Of a stretch of 64,000 nt of DNA, positions 1 through 9,704 are shown piece by piece (position 1 is the first letter of the stretch; every line of letters begins with the position of its first letter). The stretch comes from a virus. Under the pieces are notes generated by a model. It made no database searches, had not been told where the DNA came from, and saw nothing but the letters and a program-made list of their open reading frames with translations. The DNA is taken from positions 1 to 64,000 of the IMG/VR virus record IMGVR_UViG_3300022562_000333. The stretch is one strand, 5' to 3'. The position numbers and the translations under genes are program-made.

Positions 1-746
1 TTCCCCTGATCTGCCGTGACCGTCCCATCAACAGTGAGGCTGCCACCCCCATCCGTGACATCCACGGCACCGTCAACCGTGAGGCTTCCCCCGTTGTCCG
101 AAACGGGTTGGACGGCCGGGAAGTTGGTGACCGCTACCGAGCCGTCAACAGTGAGGCTTCCTCCACCATCGGAAACGGGAATGGCTGACTGGTCGGAGGC
201 CACCACAACGGGCGTTGAGGCCACCATCGCTTTCTGGCCGAGGGTGTTGATCCGGGCCGTGAAGGTGGCTTCTGCTAGCCTTGTCGCAAGGGTGGTTTCG
301 GTCGCCGCTCCCGTTGGAAGGGGGAGGGAAGCGGCGGAAATGGGTTGCGTGTCTGACGGGGTGGTCGCGTTGTAGAAGAACGTTCCGTCCGTTAGGCGAA
401 CCGCATGGGGGCTTCCCGCCGTGGTGTGCTCCCCGGCCCTGGTCGCTAACGTCGCCTCGGTTGCGGCCCCCGTGGGAAGAGGCAGGGTGGCAACGCTTAT
501 TGGGAGGTCTGTTCCGCCTGCTACCCCTTGAACCGAGACGACTCCACCAGCGGGGGTACCGGCAACCCCGGCCCCAACAACGACTTGGCGACCCGAGGTG
601 TCAACGAGGATGAACTGAGCATCCCCGCCCCCATCCACCCCAACCGTGATGAAACCACGGGAATTGACCCCCGTAGCAACGCCATCCTTGGTGGCAAGCT
701 CGACGCTGTCCGTCGTATAGAGGATGGTTACCGGGGATTTAGCCAT
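1..746 (-). CDS. Virion structural/fibre-like repeat protein (3' end runs off the window)
   Basis: Not in the ORF track. ATG at 746 lies just after the upstream stop (748-750) and the frame stays open to the window edge: MAKSPVTILYTTDSVELATKDG... It has two LPLPTGAATExTLATR repeats and three D[GN]GGSLTVDG repeats. Confidence 0.75.
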   Translation of the reverse strand, partial: MAKSPVTILYTTDSVELATKDGVATGVNSRGFITVGVDGGGDAQFILVDTSGRQVVVGAGVAGTPAGGVVSVQGVAGGTDLPISVATLPLPTGAATEATLATRAGEHTTAGSPHAVRLTDGTFFYNATTPSDTQPISAASLPLPTGAATETTLATRLAEATFTARINTLGQKAMVASTPVVVASDQSAIPVSDGGGSLTVDGSVAVTNFPAVQPVSDNGGSLTVDGAVDVTDGGGSLTVDGTVTADQG

Positions 747-747
747 G

Positions 748-1242
748 TCACGCTATCGTTCTGGTCCGACTCGTCTCGAAGATGCCCGAGTACGCGATCG
801 TGTCTGTCACGGTAGCTAGAACAGTAGATCCATCGGTGTCGTAGACTTTCCACTCGTCAGTGTTGATGGTCTTGTTGGCGTTGTAGGTGATCGTCTCTTC
901 AACGATCTTGTGGGTCTTGGCCGCACTGGTCCACCAAATGATGGAGGTCGGGAAGGGGTCCGCCGCTGGGAGGGTCTCCTGATAGGCCCCCGAGGCGAAG
1001 CCTTCAAAGGGGCCACCCTCTTCCGCTAGGTGGGTGAGCTGCCGGAGGGTTTGGTGCTGGCTGGCGGTAATCCCCCCACCCCCGGAGCGGGGGTTGAAGG
1101 TCCCCGCCGCATCACGGAACTGAAAGTCCGTACCGTCGTAGTTGAATGCTCCCGCCTGTGATGGCCCGGAAGCGTTGGAGATGAGACGGATCTCCTCATC
1201 TTCCTCCAGCGCTCCGGGGCTACGATCAGGCGTACGGGGCAC
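748..1242 (-). CDS. Hypothetical protein, probably virion-associated (164 aa)
   Basis: Tightly packed ORF, Thr/Gly-rich with a beta-strand-like C-terminus, among structural genes. Confidence 0.65.
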   Translation of the reverse strand: MPRTPDRSPGALEEDEEIRLISNASGPSQAGAFNYDGTDFQFRDAAGTFNPRSGGGGITASQHQTLRQLTHLAEEGGPFEGFASGAYQETLPAADPFPTSIIWWTSAAKTHKIVEETITYNANKTINTDEWKVYDTDGSTVLATVTDTIAYSGIFETSRTRTIA

Positions 1243-1245
1243 GAG

Positions 1246-1905
<660 letters not shown>

Positions 1906-1928
1906 TTTGGATCCTTGTTACATTTGGA

Positions 1929-1965
1929 GAAAACGCCCCGTACCCCACAAGGGAGTACGGGGCGC
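1929..1965 (-). terminator. Rho-independent terminator
   Basis: Minus-strand stem GCGCCCCGTAC...GTACGGGGCGT followed by TTT, just after the stop of the 520-aa gene. Confidence 0.75.
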
Positions 1966-1980
1966 TTCTAGGTCACGTCA

Positions 1981-3543
1981 TCAAGCGTACGGGATGACGC
2001 AGATGACGTCTCCGGTCTTGACGTTGAACTCGAACCGAACCTGCCCGTTGGCGAGCGACGTACCAGGGTAGTAGTCGTTGTTCGCCGAGGCATCGGCACC
2101 CGGACGGAGAAGCTCTCCGTTGAAGAAGAGGTCGTAGTCCGTCAGGAAGGTGCCGGCCGACAGGTTGGGGAGCTGGGTGTCGAGGTTCGTACCACCAGCA
2201 ACGCCGCCGACATCGTTGTCCGCCGACGTGTTGGCCGTGACGTTGGCGTAGACCTTGGTTCCACGAGCACCAACGTTGTATGCCTGGTTGATGGCGTTGA
2301 GGAGGGAGACCTCACCGTAGTTGGTCTCGAAGAGATCCCACTCCGCCGTCGTGTCGGAGAGCTTGATACCGTTCGTCTGCGCCCAGGTCGAACCCGACTG
2401 GTTGCCGTCGTCGAGGTACAGCTCCCCAGCACCGAGAACCCGGAGGTCCGCAGCACCCGTCGTCTCGATAGTCCCGGCCGTCACACCGACGTCGATACGG
2501 GTCGTACCCGTCGCCGTACGGATACCCGAGGCGAAGTCGTTGACGACCGCGTCCACGTTGAAGGTGTCCACGTCCCCGTCGATGGAGACCTGGCTCGTAC
2601 CGCCAGCGCTGCCTTCGATGATGCGGAAGAGGTTGGCTTCGAGGTCGTCACGGATCGCCCAGACGAGGCCCGCACCTTCGAGGTCGAGGGTGGCGTTCGT
2701 CGTCAGGTCAACCGGGGTGGTGCCCTGGTTGTTGTAGGCGTTCTGCCGGGTAACGTCCACGGAGGCCGTGAGGTCCGTGAAGGTGCCGTTGGCGAGGAAG
2801 CACTCCTCCGCAACCGCATCGAGGTTGGTACGGAAGACGTAGGAGTAGTTGATGACGGCGTTCTGGATGTCCGCCACGGGGCAGGCTTCGAGGTCGTCAA
2901 GACCCGCATTCAGACGGACGAAGCTGATCTTCACCCGGTTGCCCGCAGACGTGTCGTTGAAGGCGGCGCCATCGGTGCCCGTGGACTCGTACTGGAGAAG
3001 ACCAAAAACATCTCGACCCGACGACTGGACCGGCTGACCCGTCGTAGCGTTACGGACGAGAGCGAGGTTCTTCGGGCTGATTGCGTTCGCACCAGCGATC
3101 TCGATCAGCTCGTGGACATCGAAGCCGGCGCCGGAAAGGGCAGACTGGGCGACCACCGCACCGTTCTGCGTCAGGGCCACGGCCGCCACTTGGGTCGGGG
3201 TCTCCGAGCTGGCGACCACGAGGATCTTCCAGTTCTGGGTGTTGGGGACCGTAATGTCTGTCAGGAGCTGTGCCCGACAGAGCATCTTCTTCTCCTCAAT
3301 GTCATTGAGGTCGAAGTTGAGGTCGCGGATACCGCGCTTCTTCGAGTTGATCGTCGGGATGTCGTCGTACCAGTTGCCGGCAGAGTCCTGCCAGATCGCT
3401 CGCTTCGCCTGAGAACGAAGGGCGTTGAGGTCGTCCTCGATATGTGCCGGAGCGCTCTCAAGAGTCGAGCCCGCCGCCACGGTATCGTCGTAGACGTCCG
3501 AATTGCGAACCTGGGTGTCTTGACGAATGAAGGTGCGGGCCAT
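1981..3543 (-). CDS. Virion structural protein (520 aa)
   Basis: Gly/Thr/Asn/Asp-rich with SD GAGGAG. C-terminal module LFFNGELL...NDY...FEFNVKTGDVI is typical of phage structural proteins. It has its own terminator. Confidence 0.75.
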   Translation of the reverse strand: MARTFIRQDTQVRNSDVYDDTVAAGSTLESAPAHIEDDLNALRSQAKRAIWQDSAGNWYDDIPTINSKKRGIRDLNFDLNDIEEKKMLCRAQLLTDITVPNTQNWKILVVASSETPTQVAAVALTQNGAVVAQSALSGAGFDVHELIEIAGANAISPKNLALVRNATTGQPVQSSGRDVFGLLQYESTGTDGAAFNDTSAGNRVKISFVRLNAGLDDLEACPVADIQNAVINYSYVFRTNLDAVAEECFLANGTFTDLTASVDVTRQNAYNNQGTTPVDLTTNATLDLEGAGLVWAIRDDLEANLFRIIEGSAGGTSQVSIDGDVDTFNVDAVVNDFASGIRTATGTTRIDVGVTAGTIETTGAADLRVLGAGELYLDDGNQSGSTWAQTNGIKLSDTTAEWDLFETNYGEVSLLNAINQAYNVGARGTKVYANVTANTSADNDVGGVAGGTNLDTQLPNLSAGTFLTDYDLFFNGELLRPGADASANNDYYPGTSLANGQVRFEFNVKTGDVICVIPYA

Positions 3544-3604
3544 GAGCTAGGTCTCCTCGGTGGGGGGGTTGGTCCTCAGTATTCAAGAGCGCATAAAAAG
3601 GTTT

Positions 3605-3928
3605 TCACGGAGCGGTGATGATGTAGTCCGCCGTCAAGTGATCCCCCGGTTTAGGCGCTACCATCATGGTGATCGTGTCGAAGCCGGTCCCCGACCCCTC
3701 GCTTTCGGAGACCATGTAGTCGTCGAGAAGGGTCAACCGCTGCCCGTTGAAATACAGTTGGATCGATAGAAAAGGGAGGTTGTGTACGAAATTCTCTGAC
3801 GAGGGTGTGGTGAAGACGAGGTTGACCCCATCCTTGTCTCCCAACAACCCCTGTCCCGTCCTGTACCGTCCAACAGCTATAAATAGCTGCTGTGCGGTTT
3901 GGAGGTTGAGGAAGTTTATGAGATACAC
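3605..3928 (-). CDS. Small virion protein with a single YFNG..DY..APxxGD module (107 aa)
   Basis: LYFNGQRL...DDY...TITMMVAPKPGDHLTADY is the same module type as the C-terminus of 1981..3543. Confidence 0.65.
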   Translation of the reverse strand: MYLINFLNLQTAQQLFIAVGRYRTGQGLLGDKDGVNLVFTTPSSENFVHNLPFLSIQLYFNGQRLTLLDDYMVSESEGSGTGFDTITMMVAPKPGDHLTADYIITAP

Positions 3929-3967
3929 GCACCGCTCCCACCGCTTTCAATGAACCTCGGCGACACC

Positions 3968-4612
3968 TCACTTGGGAGTTGCGTAGGCGAACGTCGCCGT
4001 AAACGCAACGGTACCTCCTGTAGAACGGACGAACAGGGTGGATACAAGACCAGAGAACCCAGCCAACTCCATACCGGCCACCACCTGCATCTCAGGGCCA
4101 CCAGGGTCGGTGGCTACGAAGAGGGGGTTGGTCGTATCCAGGTTCCGGATGCGGAAGTTGTCCATCGCCCGAGGCAGGTCGATCTGGAGCGAGTTGGCAA
4201 GAGCTGCTCCGACTGGCGCCGTCCCTGAGAACCCCGTCTGAATCGGACCCGTGAAGGGCGGGAGAACCAAGGTGGCGGCTCCGGGCGCCGGGCTAACCAT
4301 CTCCGAAAGGGCTGCGTTTACGTAGACCAGCTTGACCCAGAAGGCGGCATCCGAGAGCGTGTAGTTGCTCGGATTGAAGATCATCCGGACATTTTCGCCG
4401 GGCTGGATCACGTGGTGGTTGCCAGCCACGGCGGGGTCGATCAGGCCCGTTCGCGGAGCCGTCAACACGACGCTGGCGAAAGCCCCGCCAGGATCCGTGT
4501 CCTTCTTGAGCCGGTAGTAGGCCACACCCTCGGACTCCGGCCGGATAGGCGTGATGAGGTCGATCAGACCAGCTTTGCGGCGGAGAATTGAAAACAGACG
4601 AGGGGCACTCAT
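3968..4612 (-). CDS. Hypothetical beta-rich protein, probably structural (214 aa)
   Basis: Overlaps the upstream stop (ATGA-type coupling); beta-strand periodicity. Confidence 0.7.
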   Translation of the reverse strand: MSAPRLFSILRRKAGLIDLITPIRPESEGVAYYRLKKDTDPGGAFASVVLTAPRTGLIDPAVAGNHHVIQPGENVRMIFNPSNYTLSDAAFWVKLVYVNAALSEMVSPAPGAATLVLPPFTGPIQTGFSGTAPVGAALANSLQIDLPRAMDNFRIRNLDTTNPLFVATDPGGPEMQVVAGMELAGFSGLVSTLFVRSTGGTVAFTATFAYATPK

Positions 4613-5019
4613 GTCACCTGCTCCTTAGACACAAGAGGATCATAGGTAGAAGCTGCCTCGTCGCCCTTCTCAACACGGGCTAGCTCTTGAGCCTCTTTCC
4701 AAGAGCCGGTTTCAACCCCGTCATAGTTGGCCTGAAGGCTCGACTTGAAGACGTGGTCTTTCTCCCGCTTGGCCATGACTTCGCGACGGCGGTTGCGGTA
4801 GGCGTTCTCTTTGATTGACTTGCTCGCCCAACCCCCAGACTCCCCTTCACGGAGAATGAAGCCCAGGTTGCCGGGAGCGAAGCCAATTTGAGCCGGAAGG
4901 CCGCAGTTGGAGCACGCGAGCGTCTTCGACCCATCCCTAACTTGATCGTAGTCCGAGTACGAAAGTCGTTGGTCTTTGGTCGTCCCACACTCCAGGCAGT
5001 CCACTTGATAGGTCGGCAC
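4609..5019 (-). CDS. FmdB-like zinc-ribbon protein (136 aa)
   Basis: N-terminal MPTYQVDCLECG ... CSNCG matches the MPxYxYxCxxC..CxxCG pattern; SD GGAG. Confidence 0.75.
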   Translation of the reverse strand: MPTYQVDCLECGTTKDQRLSYSDYDQVRDGSKTLACSNCGLPAQIGFAPGNLGFILREGESGGWASKSIKENAYRNRRREVMAKREKDHVFKSSLQANYDGVETGSWKEAQELARVEKGDEAASTYDPLVSKEQVT

Positions 5020-5031
5020 GGGGATCTCCCT

Positions 5032-5943
5032 TCATTCTGTTTTCATCTGCATTTGGAGCCTAACGGCTTCTTGGAATGCTTCGTGAGCTGTCTTGGCCTT
5101 CGGCTTGACCTTCGGTTGGATCGTCCAACCTCGGACATGACCGATGACAGCCGCTACGTGCTTACACACACGGTTGATACGCTGAGGGTCCTTAATGTTG
5201 GGTGTAGAGGCCGTACCCCGAGGCTTGCCGTCGATGTACTCCTCTCCCTTCGCGTGAAACTCCGAACCTAACCAGCGCCAGGCGGGGCACGAACAGGTGA
5301 AGTTGACGTCCATCTTGGCCAAGGCTTTGACTACCCCTTTGCGGGTCGCCTTGAGTTTGACGATCTTCGATCCGTTACCGCAGTCGACCGAGAAGAGCCA
5401 ACGGAGGTTCCCAATGTCCACACGTTTGACGGACACTGAGCAAGTGCTCGCTCGCTCCGTGACCTTGGGGTTCAACCCCTGCTCGATCTCGGCAAACCGA
5501 GCTGCGATTCGAGCCGACCCGTCAAGAGGTACCAGACGGGAGTGAGCCGTACGTAGAAGCCAGAGCTGGACGACGTTCTCAACGAGAGCGGCGTTGTGCC
5601 GGTTCGGGATCTTGTCCCGATACGGGTACTTCGTCTTCGAGTAGTCGTTGTCCGGACGATCCCCAAGCCCGTTGTAGTTGGGCTTCGCGTGCTCGTGGTT
5701 GATCTCGTCGCCACGTCCCTGTTGCTTCAAGAGGTCGTCGGCGTTGTCGACGTGGTACATCGACTGGTCGTTCTTGGTAGGCTCCCGAGGTCCCTCGTTG
5801 GAGGGCTTATTGTAGGTGGCGGATCCTGGAATGTCTGGGGAGAGAGATACACCCTTCCCGGCCGGGTCACCACTTGGGAGCTTCGACTCCGAAAGCGCTG
5901 GACCTCCCGCTGTACCGTTAGGGGGGCGGAAGACGAACTTCAC
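5032..5943 (-). CDS. SWIM-type zinc-finger protein (303 aa)
   Basis: FTCSCPAW ... VCKHVAAV (CxC-xn-CxH), preceded by a low-complexity N-terminal half and an RIAARF peptide. Confidence 0.75.
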   Translation of the reverse strand: MKFVFRPPNGTAGGPALSESKLPSGDPAGKGVSLSPDIPGSATYNKPSNEGPREPTKNDQSMYHVDNADDLLKQQGRGDEINHEHAKPNYNGLGDRPDNDYSKTKYPYRDKIPNRHNAALVENVVQLWLLRTAHSRLVPLDGSARIAARFAEIEQGLNPKVTERASTCSVSVKRVDIGNLRWLFSVDCGNGSKIVKLKATRKGVVKALAKMDVNFTCSCPAWRWLGSEFHAKGEEYIDGKPRGTASTPNIKDPQRINRVCKHVAAVIGHVRGWTIQPKVKPKAKTAHEAFQEAVRLQMQMKTE

Positions 5944-5949
5944 GGGATC

Positions 5950-6675
5950 TTAACCAGCCTTGTCCTTGACGACGTTCTTGTTTTTTTCCCACTCGTCGGC
6001 GATCTGCTCCAGGTCTTCGTCGGAAAGAGTAGGATTGGCCTTCTTGAAGCCGTCCTTAACCTCTTCGCGGGAGCTAGCTTGGATCGGCCCCATCGCCTGA
6101 ACCGCCTCTTGAGCTGTCTGCGAGAGCGCCATCTTGATACGGTGAAGACCGCCGATGATGACGTGCCGATTCGGATTGGGGTTCTCGTCGATGTAGTCAG
6201 CAAGACCCCGGAGCGCAGCGGATACGAACTTGGTCGAGGCGAGCCGGAGCGTTGCGAACTTCCCGCTCTGTGCTTGTGGGGTGGGCGGTGGGGCAAACGG
6301 GTTCTTGGGTTGAACGTTCGGGGAACGCCGGTCGATATGACGGATCCGTACGTCCTTGAGGACCCGCTCCAGCTCCTCCACCTTCTCCGGCTTGAGCTGT
6401 TGCTTCAACTCCTCGTAGTCCAGGCGTGAGGCCGCGAGCGCTGTAGCGTCCAGAGCCTTGTCCAGACGGAAGAGGGCATCTGGGAGTCCGTAGATGACGT
6501 CCCCAGCCACCTCATAGAAGTGGTCCCGGTGGGTCGACTGCGCAATCAGGCGCACGGCCTTGTCCACGAAACCTTTGAGCTGGTCGCAACGAAGGCGGGC
6601 GTCGGTCAACTCCTCTTGGAGATAGACCAAGGCACCCGCCTCCTTGTCATGCCCCTCGTGCTTCTCGTCAGCCAT
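5950..6675 (-). CDS. Hypothetical helical protein (241 aa)
   Basis: Intact ORF with several K/R-x-A sites and the late-type motif upstream. Confidence 0.7.
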   Translation of the reverse strand: MADEKHEGHDKEAGALVYLQEELTDARLRCDQLKGFVDKAVRLIAQSTHRDHFYEVAGDVIYGLPDALFRLDKALDATALAASRLDYEELKQQLKPEKVEELERVLKDVRIRHIDRRSPNVQPKNPFAPPPTPQAQSGKFATLRLASTKFVSAALRGLADYIDENPNPNRHVIIGGLHRIKMALSQTAQEAVQAMGPIQASSREEVKDGFKKANPTLSDEDLEQIADEWEKNKNVVKDKAG

Positions 6676-6713
6676 CGCAAGACGAGAAGCTACAAGAGAA
6701 GTATGTGAGCCGT

Positions 6714-8000
6714 TTACGCTGCGAACGCCTCGGGGAACTCCTCCAAGAGCAACTTCTTGAAGTCATCCGACTCCGCCGCGAAGATCGCTCGGATCACGTC
6801 CAGGCGATTCTCGAAGTGCAGGCGAATCATGGCAAGACGGCGTTTCCAGTGGTCCCCAAACTCGTAAGTGTCGGGAAAGTCCTGGCAAAGCGCCTTGGCG
6901 ATGCTGCGTCGAGCATCGGCTGTCCCGTCCTTCTCGATCTTGGAGTTGCCTTCTTCCGAGGTCGCTGTCTGTTGGACGGCCTGTGTGTTCGGAAACGCCT
7001 TCTTGGGGCCGTTCGTGTTCTTGAACGTCATCCCCTCAACCGTGACCGTACTCTCCTGAGCCTTCCCGCCCATCCCGGTCGGGTCAGCGATTTCCGTACC
7101 GCCACCCGTGGAAAGGGTCGTCTGGATCCCCTCCGACTGGGTGACCCGCTGGGCCTGCGGGACTTGAGCGACCACGCGGGTCTGAGGTTGAGCCTGAGCC
7201 GCCACGACGGTCCTCTGAGCCGGCTGGGCCGGTCGAGAGCCGGGTTGGTTGTAGCTTGCGAGGTTGGTCGTGGTGGCTTGAGGAGGGACGTAACCTGCCG
7301 TACGGCTCATCACGTCCCCTTTGCGGGCTTCCTTCACGGCCAAGTAGTCCGCCCGTTGCTCTTCCGTCATCATCGACAAGAGCTGGTCTTCCGAGAGCCC
7401 TTGGCCCGGCTGGACCTTGACCAGCTCGGCATCCCGGATAGCCGTACCCACCGTGTTCGGGGTCACCGTCGTCTCTGCCCGAGCCCTCGTCAGAAAGGCT
7501 CGTTCAACGGGAACGCCAAACTCGGCCCCTCCCATCTCGATACCTCGACCCCCACCCGTTTGACGGGCGATGCCACCACCGGCCGTTCTCTGTTGGTGAG
7601 CCCTCACCGCTTGGGTTTGCTGAGAGGCTGCCGATTGACGTTCCCCACGGGACATCACGATACGCTCATCCGACTCGACGGTGGTGATCGCCGTCTTCCT
7701 CGCCGGCTGCAAGGGGTTCTGCCCGAGGTCGTTGGCCGATCGGACTTGGATGTTCGCGGACGGGTTCGCCTCGATAGGCGCCTCCGGATCGTACTCGTCA
7801 GCCGGGATGAGCCAACCGAGCTTGATGGCCCCACGGAGCGTCGGGAGCACGAACTTCACACCCCCTACCTCTACGTTGGTCCCGTCGAAGAGGACTTCCA
7901 TCTGCGCCTGGACCTGGTATCCAGTGGCACCTAGCTGAAAGCTGCGGGTCGAGATGTACGACACCATCTGGCCCGGTCTGAAATTCATCTGCATCGTCAT
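6714..8000 (-). CDS. Hypothetical protein with a Q/T/G-rich central linker (428 aa)
   Basis: Intact ORF with globular ends and a low-complexity middle. Confidence 0.7.
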   Translation of the reverse strand: MTMQMNFRPGQMVSYISTRSFQLGATGYQVQAQMEVLFDGTNVEVGGVKFVLPTLRGAIKLGWLIPADEYDPEAPIEANPSANIQVRSANDLGQNPLQPARKTAITTVESDERIVMSRGERQSAASQQTQAVRAHQQRTAGGGIARQTGGGRGIEMGGAEFGVPVERAFLTRARAETTVTPNTVGTAIRDAELVKVQPGQGLSEDQLLSMMTEEQRADYLAVKEARKGDVMSRTAGYVPPQATTTNLASYNQPGSRPAQPAQRTVVAAQAQPQTRVVAQVPQAQRVTQSEGIQTTLSTGGGTEIADPTGMGGKAQESTVTVEGMTFKNTNGPKKAFPNTQAVQQTATSEEGNSKIEKDGTADARRSIAKALCQDFPDTYEFGDHWKRRLAMIRLHFENRLDVIRAIFAAESDDFKKLLLEEFPEAFAA

Positions 8001-8057
8001 CTGGTCCCAGCCTCTCTATAGGGGGTCTATACCGAAGGCGGGCTTACAAGATGATTA

Positions 8058-8096
8058 ACAACAGAGAGGCGGGCCGTTGGAACGACCCGCCTCTCT
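8058..8096 (-). terminator. Terminator-like hairpin downstream of HU
   Basis: AGAGAGGCGGG..CCCGCCTCTCT inverted repeat followed by GTTGTT on the minus strand. Confidence 0.7.
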
Positions 8097-8113
8097 TATG
8101 ACTTCTTCTGCGG

Positions 8114-8443
8114 TCACTTCTTCCCGCGACCCTTGCCTGAGTCGGGGAGCTGACCCACCGTCACCTTGAGGGCCTTGACGAACCGAGCCTTGAGCTTCTT
8201 CGAGGCCGGCTTGGCAGGTACCGTCATCTGAGCCCCAGTCGCCGGGTTCCGAGCCTTGCGCTCAGGCTTCGGACCGACTTTCACGAGGATCAGCTTCGCG
8301 ATGCCAGGCACCGTAAACTGGTTCTCCTTCTTGAGAGTCTTCCCGCAGACCAAGTTGAGGGCGTTGAGAAACGCCTTCACATGGGTCTTGGTGGTACCGT
8401 CCATCTCCTCAGCAATGGCGCTAATGAGTTGCGTCTTCGTCAT
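8114..8443 (-). CDS. hup: HU/IHF-family DNA-binding protein
   Basis: MTKTQLISAIAE ... VPGIAKL ... RKARNPATG ... VPAK matches the HU signature. Confidence 0.92.
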   Translation of the reverse strand: MTKTQLISAIAEEMDGTTKTHVKAFLNALNLVCGKTLKKENQFTVPGIAKLILVKVGPKPERKARNPATGAQMTVPAKPASKKLKARFVKALKVTVGQLPDSGKGRGKK

Positions 8444-8542
8444 CTGGTTCCTTCCGATCTAGTTCGTATTCAGGGAGGGGCACGCCCATCGTGCGCCATA
8501 GTAGCTAGTTACACCAACAGGTACTCCCCCAAAGCTAAGAAA

Positions 8543-9016
8543 TCAAACAGAAGTTGACTGCCCGTTCATGGACTCCGCCGCCTCAAGCATTTGCTGAAGG
8601 TCGGCGTCACCGGGGTTGGGTTCTTCATGGGTATCTGAGGGATGGTCCGAAACTCTCCAAAGACCATCGGGTAGGCCGGATGTAAGGACCATGAGAGCTT
8701 GCTCTGCGAAGCCCGTTTCAGCTTCCCGAAGCTGACGGAATCCCTGGATGTGAGTCTGAACCCCCTTGAACGAATCCTGTACGGCGGCTTCGTCGGTAGC
8801 CCCAGACCCTTCCCAGGTCAGGTTGAACGAGACCTCCGTACCACCATCTCCGTCGATGCCCTTGGTCCCAACGAGCGAAACCTTGAACTTCCAGACCGCC
8901 AGCCCGATGTCGGAGGGACAGTGCTCGAACGCGAAGATGGTCTTCGTGACGGCTTGCGGATCGATCGCCCTCCCGAGAAAGAGCAGAGCGTCCGAGAGAA
9001 CAGAGAGGTGGCTCAT
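8543..9016 (-). CDS. Hypothetical protein (157 aa)
   Basis: SD GAGGT with the GGTGTA motif directly upstream. Confidence 0.65.
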   Translation of the reverse strand: MSHLSVLSDALLFLGRAIDPQAVTKTIFAFEHCPSDIGLAVWKFKVSLVGTKGIDGDGGTEVSFNLTWEGSGATDEAAVQDSFKGVQTHIQGFRQLREAETGFAEQALMVLTSGLPDGLWRVSDHPSDTHEEPNPGDADLQQMLEAAESMNGQSTSV

Positions 9017-9036
9017 AGGCCACCTCTACACCGGGT

Positions 9037-9699
9037 TTAGGGGGTGTTCGGGTCCGGAACCCAATCAGGGATGGTTGTTCCAACCTGAACTTTATGGAGT
9101 GTTCCGTTGAACGCCGAGCCGGTCCCAACTCCAGCCGGAACAAAACCCACGTAAACATGCGTAGGGTGAAAGGAATCCCACGACGAGGTGGGGTTGACCG
9201 CCCATGTGCCCACGCTTAGGTCGTTCTTGAGGAAGTAACCGTGACGGTTTCCAGAGGCGATCACGGCCTGCGAGTCCCACGCATAACGGTACCGCAAACG
9301 GACTCCGGTACCTTCTGCGGCGAGCTGCCCGGAGATTTGGGCAACGGTGTTCCCCAACGCGTCTCGATGAAAGAGGCTGATTCGGTTGCTGGCGTCCAAG
9401 AGGACTTCGGCGTACTGCCCCGTCGTACTGTTTACCAAGGTAACAAGGGCTCGGGAGCTACCAGCCGCTCCCGTTGTGAACCACACGTCGATGGCCCCCT
9501 GTCGCCCCGTCAGCTTGTCTACGGCGAATTGACCCGGCCCCAATGCGGTGAAAGCCACGCCCGGAAGGGCTGGAGTCACCAAGGGCGCCTTTTGAGAGGC
9601 CCCCTTCATGGGTAGGCCAGCGTTCATGGCGACGTCCCCAATCAGGCCGGTCGGGTAGAGAATGAAGGGCTCGGTCATCTTGAAGAGAAGAGCCGACAA
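9037..9699 (-). CDS. Hypothetical beta-sandwich (LamG/ConA-like) protein
   Basis: Beta-rich, ending VYVG...SAFNGTLHKVQV like LamG-type C-termini; start uncertain. Confidence 0.55.
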   Translation of the reverse strand: MSALLFKMTEPFILYPTGLIGDVAMNAGLPMKGASQKAPLVTPALPGVAFTALGPGQFAVDKLTGRQGAIDVWFTTGAAGSSRALVTLVNSTTGQYAEVLLDASNRISLFHRDALGNTVAQISGQLAAEGTGVRLRYRYAWDSQAVIASGNRHGYFLKNDLSVGTWAVNPTSSWDSFHPTHVYVGFVPAGVGTGSAFNGTLHKVQVGTTIPDWVPDPNTP

Positions 9700-9704
9700 G
9701 AAGA

